64,000 nt of DNA from Octopus vulgaris. Lineage: Eukaryota. Location: assembly GCA_951406725.2 (NCBI GenBank), contig OX597821.1, forward strand, positions 37,448,001-37,512,000, read 5' to 3'. Below, one piece after another: positions 1 through 10,958 of this stretch. The notes under the pieces were generated by a model, which worked only from the letters and a program-made list of their open reading frames with translations, made no database searches and was not told the DNA's origin. A program made the translations under genes and the position numbers. The stretch's first letter is position 1. Every line of letters begins with the position of its first letter.

Positions 1-74
1 TGTACCCAGCAAAATAAGCTGTAGCTTTTCATGTAATAATAATAATAATAATAGTAGTAGTAGTAGTAGTTATA

Positions 75-606
75 ATTGCCTTGATGCAGTACCAGGCAAT
101 GGCTCTCATGGCTTCTGATCTTAAGTGATTGGAAGTGTTATCATGTACATTGTTTTGTCTTGGTAGAAAAGATGGGCTACCTGCTCAATACCACAGATTT
201 GCTTGTCAGTTGTTTGACCATAGCCACTTGCGCATGTCTCTTGGTGGCTGACGATATGTGCATCTCTGATCACGAGCAGAAGTAGTTGTGGAGCAACATT
301 GCCATGTATTGAGAGGAATTTTTTTAGGTTTCAATGATTCACCGGTGGAAACACAAATGTTTTGTTCGCCCTTAAAACAAACCTTATTTAGGGACCTTTT
401 GAGCAGGATGGGCTACTCGAACTGAAGAAAATTCTAATTGGGCACTATCTGCAAGGTCATGCGCTGTTTATTATGACATGAGATCACCATATCACATACA
501 TATGGTTGTGATGCATGTGCCTGATGTACACTTATCAGGTGGGTAGTCATGATGGGTATATTGGGCTTCGTATATTTGTACCCAAGTGTCACTTTGATGG
601 CATGCA
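75..606. repeat. Unclassified interspersed repeat, second copy at ~14992-15440
   Basis: Colinear similarity with 14992-15440 (aaaagatgggc...cacagatttgcttgtcagtt...gtcactttgatggcatgcac); the second copy ends in (AAT)n. Confidence 0.7.
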
Positions 607-1829
607 CAGACTAAATACAACATAATTATATGCTATTTCGAAAAGGGGAAAAATTTTTTCTTGTCATCACGTTGCAGACGTAATAGCATCTAATTCATTA
701 AAAAGTTAAATTAAATTAATTCAAATTAATTAAGAAAACCTGTCAGAACTGAAAACAAGGTAAACATTCAAAGATGTTAATTGAAGCGGAAATAGTGGAG
801 GAGGAGGCAGTGGAATGTGAAACCAAGTGGAACAGAACACAAGGCCAACGAGTTAAGCAACTGGAAATAACGACAGCGCCTCCAGGTAGACTTCTCCTAT
901 AGAATGAAAACTGAAATCAAAGAATACAGCAACAAAATAAGAGATTTTAAGGCATCAGACACACGGAAAGCAACATAATAACAATTTGGTGATAAAGTTT
1001 TATTAATGAAATCAATAGATAGACACGGTGAGGCTCCTGCATGGCCGCAACTGCATGACTGAAACGAGTAAAAGAGAGATTATCAATTTGAGCTTAAATC
1101 ATACTAAACTTGTCTGTTTCGTTCATATTTCCAGGGTTTTATTGAATAAATACAGTATAAGTTATATATTTAACGAATTCAATCAATCATAATTAAATTG
1201 GTAATTGTAGGATATTTATTAAAATATTTATCAATATTGAATTTCATTTCAGTTCTCATTCGGAACTATTTGATTTCGGTGAAGAAAATAATTTTGCATT
1301 TTGGGAAATTAACTTTGTTACTTTCCATATAAATCTAGGATCTTTGTGCCGAGTAAAACAATAAAAAACTAAGAACCAGTAAATTAATTATTGGCAATTC
1401 TGTCATTAGAATATAGAGACAGAAAAACGTAGTTCCGAATATGATCTTTTTGAGACACTGTCCATTTCCCCGACCAATGTTATATTATCGACGCCGAATT
1501 CGGCAAGGTTAAGAGAATAGGATCGACTCATGAAGTGACAGAATTATTTATAGAATCAAAAGAAGAAAATTAAAACTACAAGCCAAACATATATCTTACT
1601 TCCAGTTAGACAGTGTTTCTAATCATAACTTTTAGATATATTCTAATAAAGTTGTCATCTATCTCCTTTTCTAATTTTTCTTCCAGTAAATTAAAACTAA
1701 AAGGTTATATTCCATGTTTCTCAATATGATATATCACAGAAAACTGCATCATATATAAATTTCGCTTTATCTTTCTCTGTATATACGCTCGTAAATAAAC
1801 CGAATAAATGTTTCTGAATGACATCTCTA

Positions 1830-1872
<43 letters not shown>

Positions 1873-2401
1873 CGTGTGTGTGTGTGTGTACATTTATATA
1901 GGTGTATGTATGCATGCATATGTTTATGTGCATGCGTGTGTGTGTGTGTGTATGTGATGTGTGCATGTGTGCCGTAATAAGAACAAAACGAATTGCTAGA
2001 GATCTTTCAAAAAGTGCCGAATGTCGTGTTAAAAATAATAACGGAATCGGCTTCCGTATCCTTTGTGTGTCAAGCTATCGCAATTCCGACCATTCATTAT
2101 GAAATCTGTCAGGCTAAGATATCAAATGTATTTTTTTTTATAAAAAAGACCTACATGCATTGGAGACAGTCGTAAAACAGGTTGAGAATCTTTGCATCAG
2201 TTGTGGCCTTCATCATTGACATGATTCACTGACACAGAGGAAAACTTAGCGAGAGAGTAATGTATCATATTTGTCAACAGGGAAATAAGTAATCATACAA
2301 TTTATCAATGTTTGTACGTACCTGCCTATTACGCATATACATTCACACACATATACACACATGTATGCATATATTTTATTTATGCGTATATATATAGATA
2401 G

Positions 2402-2480
2402 ATATATATGTAATTGTGATGTTCTATGTCCCCAATGTTTGTAACGTCCCCTCTATGTAGCCCCTAGTGGGTAATAAAGA
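2402..2480 (+). mobile_element. Isolated 3'-tail fragment of the ORF1-only retroelement
   Basis: atatatatgtaattgtgatgttctatgtccccaatg...gcccctagtgggtaataaaga is repeated almost exactly at 4081-4159 and 5770-5848. Confidence 0.85.
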
Positions 2481-2491
2481 AGAGAAAAGAC

Positions 2492-4160
2492 GAGAAATTC
2501 GGAACCCGCGTTGATTGTTGTGTTTTTTGCTCTCTGTGAAATTCGGTAAAAAGAAAAAAGAACAAAAAGTGAATGGTTGTTGTTGTAAAATTTTGAACGT
2601 AGTTGATGCGGTTTCGCGTTTCACTGGTTCTGCGCGTTACACTTTTTCGGTTCGGGAGGCCGTTTTTCGGTCTGAGGCGACTATGAGCCGCCTCCATCAA
2701 GCGGAGGAGATGGAAGGGAGAAATTACTCTGAAATTTCGACGGAAGTATCGACATCTGAGGAGGAGTTGGCGGTGAAAAAGATGGAAGGCACCTACGCAG
2801 GTGTAACGAAGAAGTCAACGGAAAGAGAGATAGACCTGGCTAAGTTGGCGGGCCTCCAGGAGTTTGTGAAGGAGGACGAGAACGGTGAAGTCGAGCTGCT
2901 GCCTCTAGTAGGGCGCGGAGACTGGTTCCATCGTAGAACCATTAAATATAAAGTATTTATGAATGGAGGTAGAAAGATGGAAGTAATTAACATGGAAGCA
3001 ATTGAAGAGGCTCTCAAGCAGACAGAAGAGGAAATTGTGTACATGACAAAGATTACAATACGGAACCATAACGGTGCAATTTAAAAGTGAAAAAGCAGCC
3101 AGGAATGTAGCAGCCAAGGTGGTGAGTACAGAAAAGATTTACTTGTTACCCTCGTATCTGAATAGGCGGACAACCAGAATTAGGGTGGAGGGAATACCTC
3201 CACACCTAGAGGGCGAATTAATAACGGCTGCGGTTATAAAAGGAAATGAAGATAAAGTGGACATCCTCCACGCCATTATGAAGTATGAAGGCGTGAGAGG
3301 TGCCACACTAGTTATGAACATTCAAACGGAGACGGATGTTATAGAGAGGATTACGGACAGCGTAGGAACTGGAAGTGTTGTTATGAGAGTGTGGGTGGAG
3401 GGTAGGGCACCCGGGTGCTGCGGGTGTGGCCAAAGGGGTCACATGGGGGCCTGCTGCCCTCCCCCACCGAGGGAAAAAGAAAAGGAGAGTGTTGAGGAAG
3501 CCTCAAGAGAGGGAGAAAATAAACAGAAACAGACAGAGAGGGAGGCGGCGGAGGGGGTGGGGGTGGGAGGGGTGGAAGGGGGGAGAAGGAAGGAGAGGGA
3601 GGGACTGTGCGGGGCCCCGGCCCGCCCCGACACCGCCCATACCCTTGGGGTCCCATCCTTCCCCTGCAGGCAGCGATTCCGCCCGCTCCCCGCCTGCTGG
3701 GGGGGGGGGGGCAGGGACAGACACACAGGACAAAGAAGGTCCCAAGACCCACTTTTTATGTGTTATACATGGGAAAGACATACAAAACGTTAAAAAATGG
3801 GTGTTAACCAAGTGGTACGAACACGAAGATTGTAGCTACACGGCTGTGGATAGTGATGATACGGGTATATTGGCGAGAAGGTTTGAGGAAGAGGGTGTGT
3901 GTTGGATGTCAGTGGAAATGAAAGATGAATGGATAGAGAGGGCTAAAAGAAAAACGAATGTTGTGATAGGTAAAAAAGGAATACTAATTGGAAATGGGTG
4001 AAGAAGGACAGGTAAGTGATGCTGGCGGATGGGGCCGTCGGTATCACTCTCATATATCATTTTCATATTCCATTTTGCTCATATATATGTAATTGTGATG
4101 TTCTATGTCCCCAATGTTTGTAACGCCCCCTCTATGTAGCCCCTAGTGGGTAATAAAGAA
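2492..4160 (+). mobile_element. ORF1-only (HAL1-like) non-autonomous non-LTR retroelement, copy 1 (A-to-G hypermutated)
   Basis: About 99% identical to 4172-5850 outside 3362-3738. It has a 5'UTR, ORF1 and LINE-like 3' tail but no endonuclease or RT. Confidence 0.85.
2710..4001 (+). pseudogene. Disrupted ORF1 (gag-like zinc-knuckle protein)
   Basis: Split across ORFs 2515-3084, 3074-3793 and 3426-4001. There is a 2-bp deletion near 3050 (gacaaagatt vs gacaaaaggatt) and indels in the G-rich block. The knuckle reads CCGCGQRGHMGACC instead of CYKCGQRGHIRAYC. Confidence 0.85.
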
Positions 4161-4171
4161 AAGAAAAGATG

Positions 4172-5850
4172 AGAAATTCGGAACCCGCGTTGATTGTTGT
4201 GTTTTTTGCTCTCTGTGAAATTCGGTAAAAATAAAAAAGAACAAAAAGTGAATGGTTGTTGTTGTGAAATTTTGAACGTAGTTGATGCGGTTTCGCGTTT
4301 CACTGGTTCTGCGCGTTACACTTTTTCGGTTCGGGAGGCCGTTTTTCGGTCTGAGGCGACTATGAGCCGCCTCCATCAAACGGAGGAGATGGAAGGGAGA
4401 AATTTCTCTGAAATTTCGACGGAAGTATCGACATCTGAGGAGGAGTTGGCGGTGAAAAAGATGGAAGGCACCTACGCAGGTGTAACGAAGAAGTCAATGG
4501 AAAGAGAGATAGACCTGGCTAAGTTGACGGGCCTCCAGGAGTTTGTGAAGGAGGACGAGAACGGAGAGATCGAGCTGCTGCCTCTAGTAGGGCGCGGAGA
4601 CTGGTTCCATCGTAGAACCATTAAATATAAAGTATTTATGAATGGAGGTAGAAAGATGGAAGTAATTAACATGGAAGCAATTGAAGAGGCTCTCAAGCAG
4701 ACAGGAGAGGAAATTGTGTACATGACAAAAGGATTACAATACGGAACCATAACGGTGCAATTTAAAAGTGGAAAAGCAGCCAGGAATGTAGCAGCCAAGG
4801 TGGTGAGTACAGAAAAGATTTACTTGTTACCCTCGTATCTGAATAGGCGGACAACCAGAATTAGGGTGGAGGGAATACCTCCACACCTAGAGGGCGAATT
4901 AATAACGGCTGCGGTTATAAAAGGAAATGAAGATAAAGTGGACATCCTCCACGCCATTATGAAGTATGAAGGCGTGAGAGGTGCCACACTAGTTATGAAC
5001 ATTCAAACGGAGGCGGATGTTATAGAGAGGATTACGGACAGCATAAAAACTGGAAATATTATTATGAGAGTGTGGGTGGAGGGTAGGGCGCCCAGGTGCT
5101 ACAAGTGTGGCCAAAGGGGTCACATAAGAGCCTACTGCCCTCCCCCACCAAAGGAAAAAGAAAAGGAAAGCGTTGAGGAAGCCTCAAGAGAGGAAGAAAA
5201 TAAACAGAAACAAACAGAGAAGGAAACGACAGAAGAAGAGGAGATGCAACAAGAGTGGGAAGAAGGGGGGAAAAAGAGAAAAAGAAAGAAAAAGAAAAAC
5301 TGTACGAAGCCCCAACCTACCCCGACACCACCCATAACCTTGGAGTCCCATCCTTCCCCTGCAAACAGCGATTCCACCCACTCCCCGCCTACAAGAAAAA
5401 CAAAAACAGACACACAGAGCAAAGAAAGTCCCAAGACCCACTTTTTATGTGTTATACATGGGAAAGACATACAAAACGTTAAAAAATGGGTGTTAACCAA
5501 GTGGTACGAACACGAAGATTGTAGCTACACGGCTGTGGATAGTGATGATACGGGTATATTGGCGAGAAGGTTTGAGGAAGAGGGTGTGTGTTGGAAGTCA
5601 GTGGAAATGAAAGATGAATGGATAGAGAGGGCTAAAAGAAAAACGAATGTTGTGATAGGTAAAAAAGGAATACTAATTGGAAATGGGTGAAGAAGGACAG
5701 GTAAGTGATGCTGGCGGATGGGGCCGTCGGTATCACTATCATATATCATTTTCATATTCCATTTTGCTCATATATATGTAATTGTGATGTTCTATGTCCC
5801 CAATGTTTGTAACGTCCCCTCTATGTAGCCCCTAGTGGGTAATAAAGAAA
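4172..5850 (+). mobile_element. ORF1-only (HAL1-like) non-autonomous non-LTR retroelement, copy 2 (intact)
   Basis: Single intact ORF, short 3'UTR, and tail tcccctctatgtagcccctagtgggtaataaagaaa shared with the LINE end at 38250-38288. Confidence 0.85.
4389..5690 (+). CDS. L1/Tx1-type ORF1 protein (~433 aa): putative RRM-like region, CX2CX4HX4C zinc knuckle, basic linker, C-terminal domain
   Basis: Open frame 4194-5690; ATG 4389 aligns with ATG 31543 of the homologue (alternative ATG 4362). Motifs YGTITVQF, LLPSYLNRRTTRIRVEGIPP and VWVEGRAPRCYKCGQRGHIRAYC match LINE ORF1 at 33318 (YGTVEVRF, LLPLYKGKRTSKITMNNIPP, VFVEGRKPRCFGCGKKGHVRAEC). Confidence 0.85.
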   Translation: MEGRNFSEISTEVSTSEEELAVKKMEGTYAGVTKKSMEREIDLAKLTGLQEFVKEDENGEIELLPLVGRGDWFHRRTIKYKVFMNGGRKMEVINMEAIEEALKQTGEEIVYMTKGLQYGTITVQFKSGKAARNVAAKVVSTEKIYLLPSYLNRRTTRIRVEGIPPHLEGELITAAVIKGNEDKVDILHAIMKYEGVRGATLVMNIQTEADVIERITDSIKTGNIIMRVWVEGRAPRCYKCGQRGHIRAYCPPPPKEKEKESVEEASREEENKQKQTEKETTEEEEMQQEWEEGGKKRKRKKKKNCTKPQPTPTPPITLESHPSPANSDSTHSPPTRKTKTDTQSKESPKTHFLCVIHGKDIQNVKKWVLTKWYEHEDCSYTAVDSDDTGILARRFEEEGVCWKSVEMKDEWIERAKRKTNVVIGKKGILIGNG

Positions 5851-6089
5851 AGGAAAGATGTCATCCGTGAGTTTATAGAGTTGGTGGTAATTGTTGAGAA
5901 GTTGTTATAGTTCGTTGAGAATTGTTTTGGATTGGTTACTGTTGTTGGCAGAGTATTTGAAAATACATCAAGCAGAGGCAGTTGGTGTCTTCCCCGTTCC
6001 ATGGTACACTATATCATACTGTATTAGTGCACGACACTAAGGTGACATATACAGAAACCATATTATATTTATTTATTTATTTATCGCGA

Positions 6090-7120
6090 GGCAGTTGTCA
6101 TTCATATTAATTAATCCCATATTTGATCGAATAAGATTCTACAGATATTTAGCATCACTATCCTTACCAAAGCCATACCATGCTGCTTGGAAGAAAGAAC
6201 ATTTTAAAAGGAGAGAGATCAGATTATTGCTAATAATATTTGACCAGTGTAAGGGTTAGAGAAGTATTTCAGCAGACCTTCAGAAGAATTGTAATTATCA
6301 GTTAATACTAAATTTACAATAATATAATAATTTCATTCAATACCGCCCGTCAACTTGAAGAATGTTGATGGTAAAATTTCTACCTCATTTAAAATATCAC
6401 TGACCAGTTCAAATACATAGAGGTGTGTAGCACTAAACAGTATAATAGATAATTATTTAGTTCACGATGGAAATGTCATTTGACTAGAATTAATTCTGAA
6501 TATAAACTATGGATGGAAGGACACAGCTTGAGTTAACGAAAATTCTAAAAGGAAAATAGCTAATAAATTACTCACTATGGAAGATGTTCTGCTTCAAATA
6601 AAAAGTCCTCAATATTTTTTAATTTATTCTTTATATCGTTCTATTTAAAAAATTTTCTTTTAAATTCATTTTTCAACATTATTTTTTATCTTAATTTATC
6701 TTATAATTCTCATTAACTCAAGCTGTCTTCTATTCATTGTTTATATTTATAATTAATACTGTTCAAATTATATTTCCATCGTGGCTTAAATAATTATCCA
6801 CTGAATAACTTGTTTCTATATCCCTCCTCTGTGATTTCAAATTGGTTAATAATAGTTTAAATGAAGCAGGAATTTTGCCATAAACACTCATATTACAATT
6901 CTAGTATTATCTGATAAATATAAATTTTAAGGTCTCGCTGAAATACCTCCCTAACCCTTGCATGGGTCAAATATTGTTATTTTTATTCCTATCACTCCCT
7001 AAAATTTTTTCTTTCTTCCAAAGCAGCGTGGTATGGCTTTGGTAAAGATAGGGTGATGTTAAATTTCTTTAGAATCTTAATCGATCAAATGTAGAATCGA
7101 TTAATATAGCTGATTACTGC
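6090..7120. mobile_element. Old foldback/MITE-like element with ~240-bp imperfect inverted arms
   Basis: 6090-6330 is the diverged reverse complement of ~6885-7120 (e.g. ttaccaaagccataccatgctgcttggaagaaagaa vs ttctttcttccaaagcagcgtggtatggctttggtaa). Confidence 0.6.
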
Positions 7121-7361
7121 ACCACAGAATTTTGAAATTTGGCAATCTATTCAAAACGTGCGTTAGCTGATACTTAGAGTAAATTTATTCGGTGATTAAA
7201 CTTCGGATTTACGAATAGGCCTGGCGGTTGAAAGTAATTTTACGGTCTAAGTGGATTGCAAAGGCTTTCACTGGACAATTCAGTTAAGTTTGATCCCTAC
7301 ATAGAGCTTTTAAAGTATTCACCTAGAAATTTAATCCATTTTCTTTTGTATACACATATTA

Positions 7362-7731
7362 TTGCCTACCAACCACATGGTTCTGGGTTCAGTCCCACTG
7401 CGTGGCATCTTGGGCAAGTGTCTTCTGCTATAGCCTCGGGCCGACCAATGCCTTGTGAGTGGATTTGGTAGACGGAAACTGAAAGAAGCCTGTCGTATAT
7501 ATGTATATATATATGTATGTGTATGCATATGTTTGTGTGTCTGTGTTTGTCCCTCTAGCATTGCTTGACAACCGATGCTGGTGTGTTTACGTCCCCGTTA
7601 CTTAGCGGTTCGGCAAAAGAGACCGATAGAATAAGTACTGGGCTTACAAAGAATATGTCCCGGGGTCGATTTGCTCGACTAAAGGCGGTGCTCCAGCATG
7701 GTCGCAGTCAAATGACTGAAACAAGTAAAAG
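7362..7731 (+). mobile_element. tRNA-derived SINE of an abundant family
   Basis: B-box-like gggttcagtccc, internal (TA/TG)n and 3' end gactgaaacaagtaaaaga. Fragments of the same family lie at ~1020-1075, 16325-16410(-), 20170-20550, 24455-24580(-), 25400-25540, 25720-25870, 27740-27960(-), 30900-31190(-) and 55520-55610(-). Confidence 0.7.
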
Positions 7732-7959
7732 AGTATATATATATGCACACACACACACACTGAAAATCTTCGTGGCGAGTTGTTAAAAATAAATGAAATA
7801 TAAAGAAGGAAAATACACAGAATGTATAAATTTATACTTTTTTATGAGCATTCCTACGAAAAATATCGCTCTTAAAATCCTACACAGGGTTAAATGAGAA
7901 ACTCTCAAAACACAATACAGAACAAAATGAAAATTAATGATTGTAAAACTTATAATGTC

Positions 7960-8560
7960 ACGGATTCATAAATGTCCCAGGGCATCAGTTTTAGAAATCT
8001 AGGGATTATTGTGGATGAAATTGTAAAATGAAAAGCACATTTAAAACAAAACTAATGTTGCTCAATGAAATAAATATGCATCGGAATATTCAAAAGAGCC
8101 AGTATGAGTTATCATAATGTCACTGTAAAATATATATTCTTGTTGTTGAGTTCAAATACCAGGACTATTGCTTCCATTTATGGCTGCCCTATATAAACAA
8201 ATGGAAATTGAACACCTGACGAAATCAATTACTATCAAAGCTTCTTTGAACTACCAAAATTTTTTAAAGACATTCAAACTGACAATATTTTACACTGTAG
8301 AATATGTGACCGTGTCTCTTCAAAAGAATGTGAGGTTATAGAGAACACGTGAGTCAAGAAAACGTTCGATCAAATTTTAACTTAAATGCGATTCGTCTGT
8401 TCCAATACAACTTAACAAATACTTCCCGAGTTGTTTCTTAAATTCTCATTTGTTCTCGCATCTAACAACGTCTCCTTAATAGAGTTCTTTTTCACAGAGA
8501 CCTGTGTTAATGTCAATTGCCTATACGAACCAGGAATTACGAAAAACTACTTTCTCCAAT
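7960..8560 (+). mobile_element. Highly decayed CR1-like LINE 3' fragment
   Basis: Manual translation gives FRNLGIIVD and YQDYCFHLWLPY, resembling IRDLGVIVD and HLEYCCPLWSPH of the CR1-like ORF at 46429-48696. Confidence 0.45.
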
Positions 8561-10908
8561 TAGAGGCGTCTGGGTTTTATAGTGTTATTATAGTTGCTAA
8601 TTAAGATTATACTGTTTCCTGTGGAAATACGACTTGAAACAGTTTTGAATGGAAACTAATATTTTTTTTCATCGTTTTCCATTGTAGACGTAACTGACCT
8701 GCATCTTTCACTCCAAGTAAATGACATTTAAATTAATTTGATAAATTACTGTTTTATTTTTCTTAAGCTAAACAATGTTGATTAATTTACAAGTTATTGC
8801 AATATTTAACAGCTGAAAGCTCTTCTTCTAATAAACTGCAGCCTGTAATGAGCTCTGATCCTCTAGTTGTTGATTTATTGTAAGTCATTGAAAGAAGAGA
8901 AAAATATTCCGGCTTACATCTGATTAAGCTAATTTAAAGGCCATTAAAATTAGAGTAACACAACTTTACTTGTCTATCTGACAAATATTCGCAAGTATGA
9001 AAATATATTGATATATTTCGTTGGAGACAGTAGACAATGGTATCTTATAATAAGCAATATTGCCATAGAGAGTTTTATGTTAGTAGAGGAATTTTAAATA
9101 ACTATTTTTAATATTCCGATATGTAATTAAAATAATCAATGTAATATGCCATATGATAATTAGTTAATCCATAAAAAACTAATGTTTAAATAAAAATTAT
9201 TTTAGATGGTTTCATCTTGTGTGTACAGTTTCCCGAAAGAATTTGTTCCAGCAAACACTCTTTGAAGGCACATGACGAAAACCTCTTCGAATTTTAAGTA
9301 TTGATTAAAACAATAAGCTCTGCTAGTCTTTGGTAACGGTTTGAAGCCAAATTCACCGAGGAACTAACTATAGACCCTTCGACTGAAGGATATCAACAAA
9401 ACCGTATCACTCGTAAATTTGTCTGTTGATCTAATTCACGTAAAATATCAATTATGTAACAGTATGTTATCCATTGGTTTCATGAATTATTATAAAAAAC
9501 GGTTGTTTAGAACGTTATATTTTACAGAATGTGTGTTTAATTACTTTACACTCAGTAATTATACACACAAGGTATTTGGAATTAAAGAGGTCACAGAGAA
9601 GCGAACAAAACCTTTTGGAACCTTATGAGAACAAGCGTTAGTAAAGCCGAGAAGAAATAGCGGGTGAGACTATTTATATTTCTAGAATGATTTAGTGTTT
9701 TGTCTCTGTTTCACAGCTTATATGTAAATACCTCAAACTATTTACATAGGCCATTCATTGATGAAGAGAAAATAATGGGATTTAAGTAGAAAAGTGAAAT
9801 AAAAAAAAAAATATTAATTCCGTATTTTGTGATTCTTATCAAAAAAAAAAAAAAAATGTTAAGCTTAAGTACTTTTTTCTACTGAACAAAATCTCCAATT
9901 TTCCTAACATTTTTTCTGTTTATGAGTCCATCTTTGAAAAAGGCAAAATTCAAATATTTTGTTAATTGTTTATCCATAGGGTTTTTCAGCTTGTACGGAT
10001 GCAAATGGCTATAACCAACAATCTAAATCAGAAATTTTAATCTGTGCAAATCGTAATACATACATACATACATACATACATACATACCCTGTTGATGTTA
10101 AATTTGTAATGAAGGATCCTTGGATCTAGATTAGAAACCGGCTCTTTAAAACTGAAGAATGACATACATACGTGCACACATGTACACATACACATATACT
10201 TACCTGCGTGCCCACACACGTACATATATACACACGTGTGTGTAGGTGTCTATGTGTATGTGTGCATGTGTGGGAGTGTGTGTGTGTGAAGGTAGCGAAG
10301 TTACGTCTTTTGAGCCACATATTCACTCAATATAAGCATATAGATTCATACAAAAATATATATATATATATATACATGTAGATATATAATTATGTTCATA
10401 TAAAATTTATACTTGATGCCATATTTGAGAGTGCGGGGAGCGGAATAAAATAAGGAGAAAGATGGGGGTCCATCCGCGACCATCCTGTTTTTTCCATGTG
10501 CAGGAACCCAAGAACTACATTATTCAGAGCATCCAAAGACGGTATGGTGTAGGCTGAAAGAAATATGGCTACTATTTCTAGTTTCTCGTGAAAGACCTTG
10601 ACGATTGGTCTGTTAGGTCAGGCAACAACACATTATTAAGAACTACCACCATCAAAGGAAATGTAACACACATCCATCTTAGCAATAGATAGACACATCA
10701 GCTGACATCTATTGCTACTAACTGTCTGTGTGTGGGTCTGCTTTGATCAGAGTATATATATATATATATATATACATATATACATAAATACAAACATACG
10801 CACAAACACAAACACTTATATATATTCATACCTATATCTATTTGGTTGTCTGTCTGTCTGTCTATCTATCTGTCTGTCTATATCTTTTTATATATTTGCA
10901 TGTGTGTG

Positions 10909-10958
<50 letters not shown>

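Noticed and set aside
1705-2175. ORFs rich in YI/HT/VC dipeptides (also ~10.0-11.0, 20.7-21.2, 23.7-24.1, 30.6-31.0, 43.1-45.4 and 51.8-56.1 kb)
   Set aside because: They are translations of (TA)n/(CA)n microsatellites and the minisatellite, not genes.
3381-3811. Gly/Pro-rich overlapping ORFs on both strands
   Set aside because: By-product of the A-to-G block and frameshifts in ORF1 copy 1.
4194-4388. N-terminal extension of the 498-aa ORF from a TTG start
   Set aside because: The homologous region in copy 3 is not an in-frame extension; it is best read as 5'UTR.
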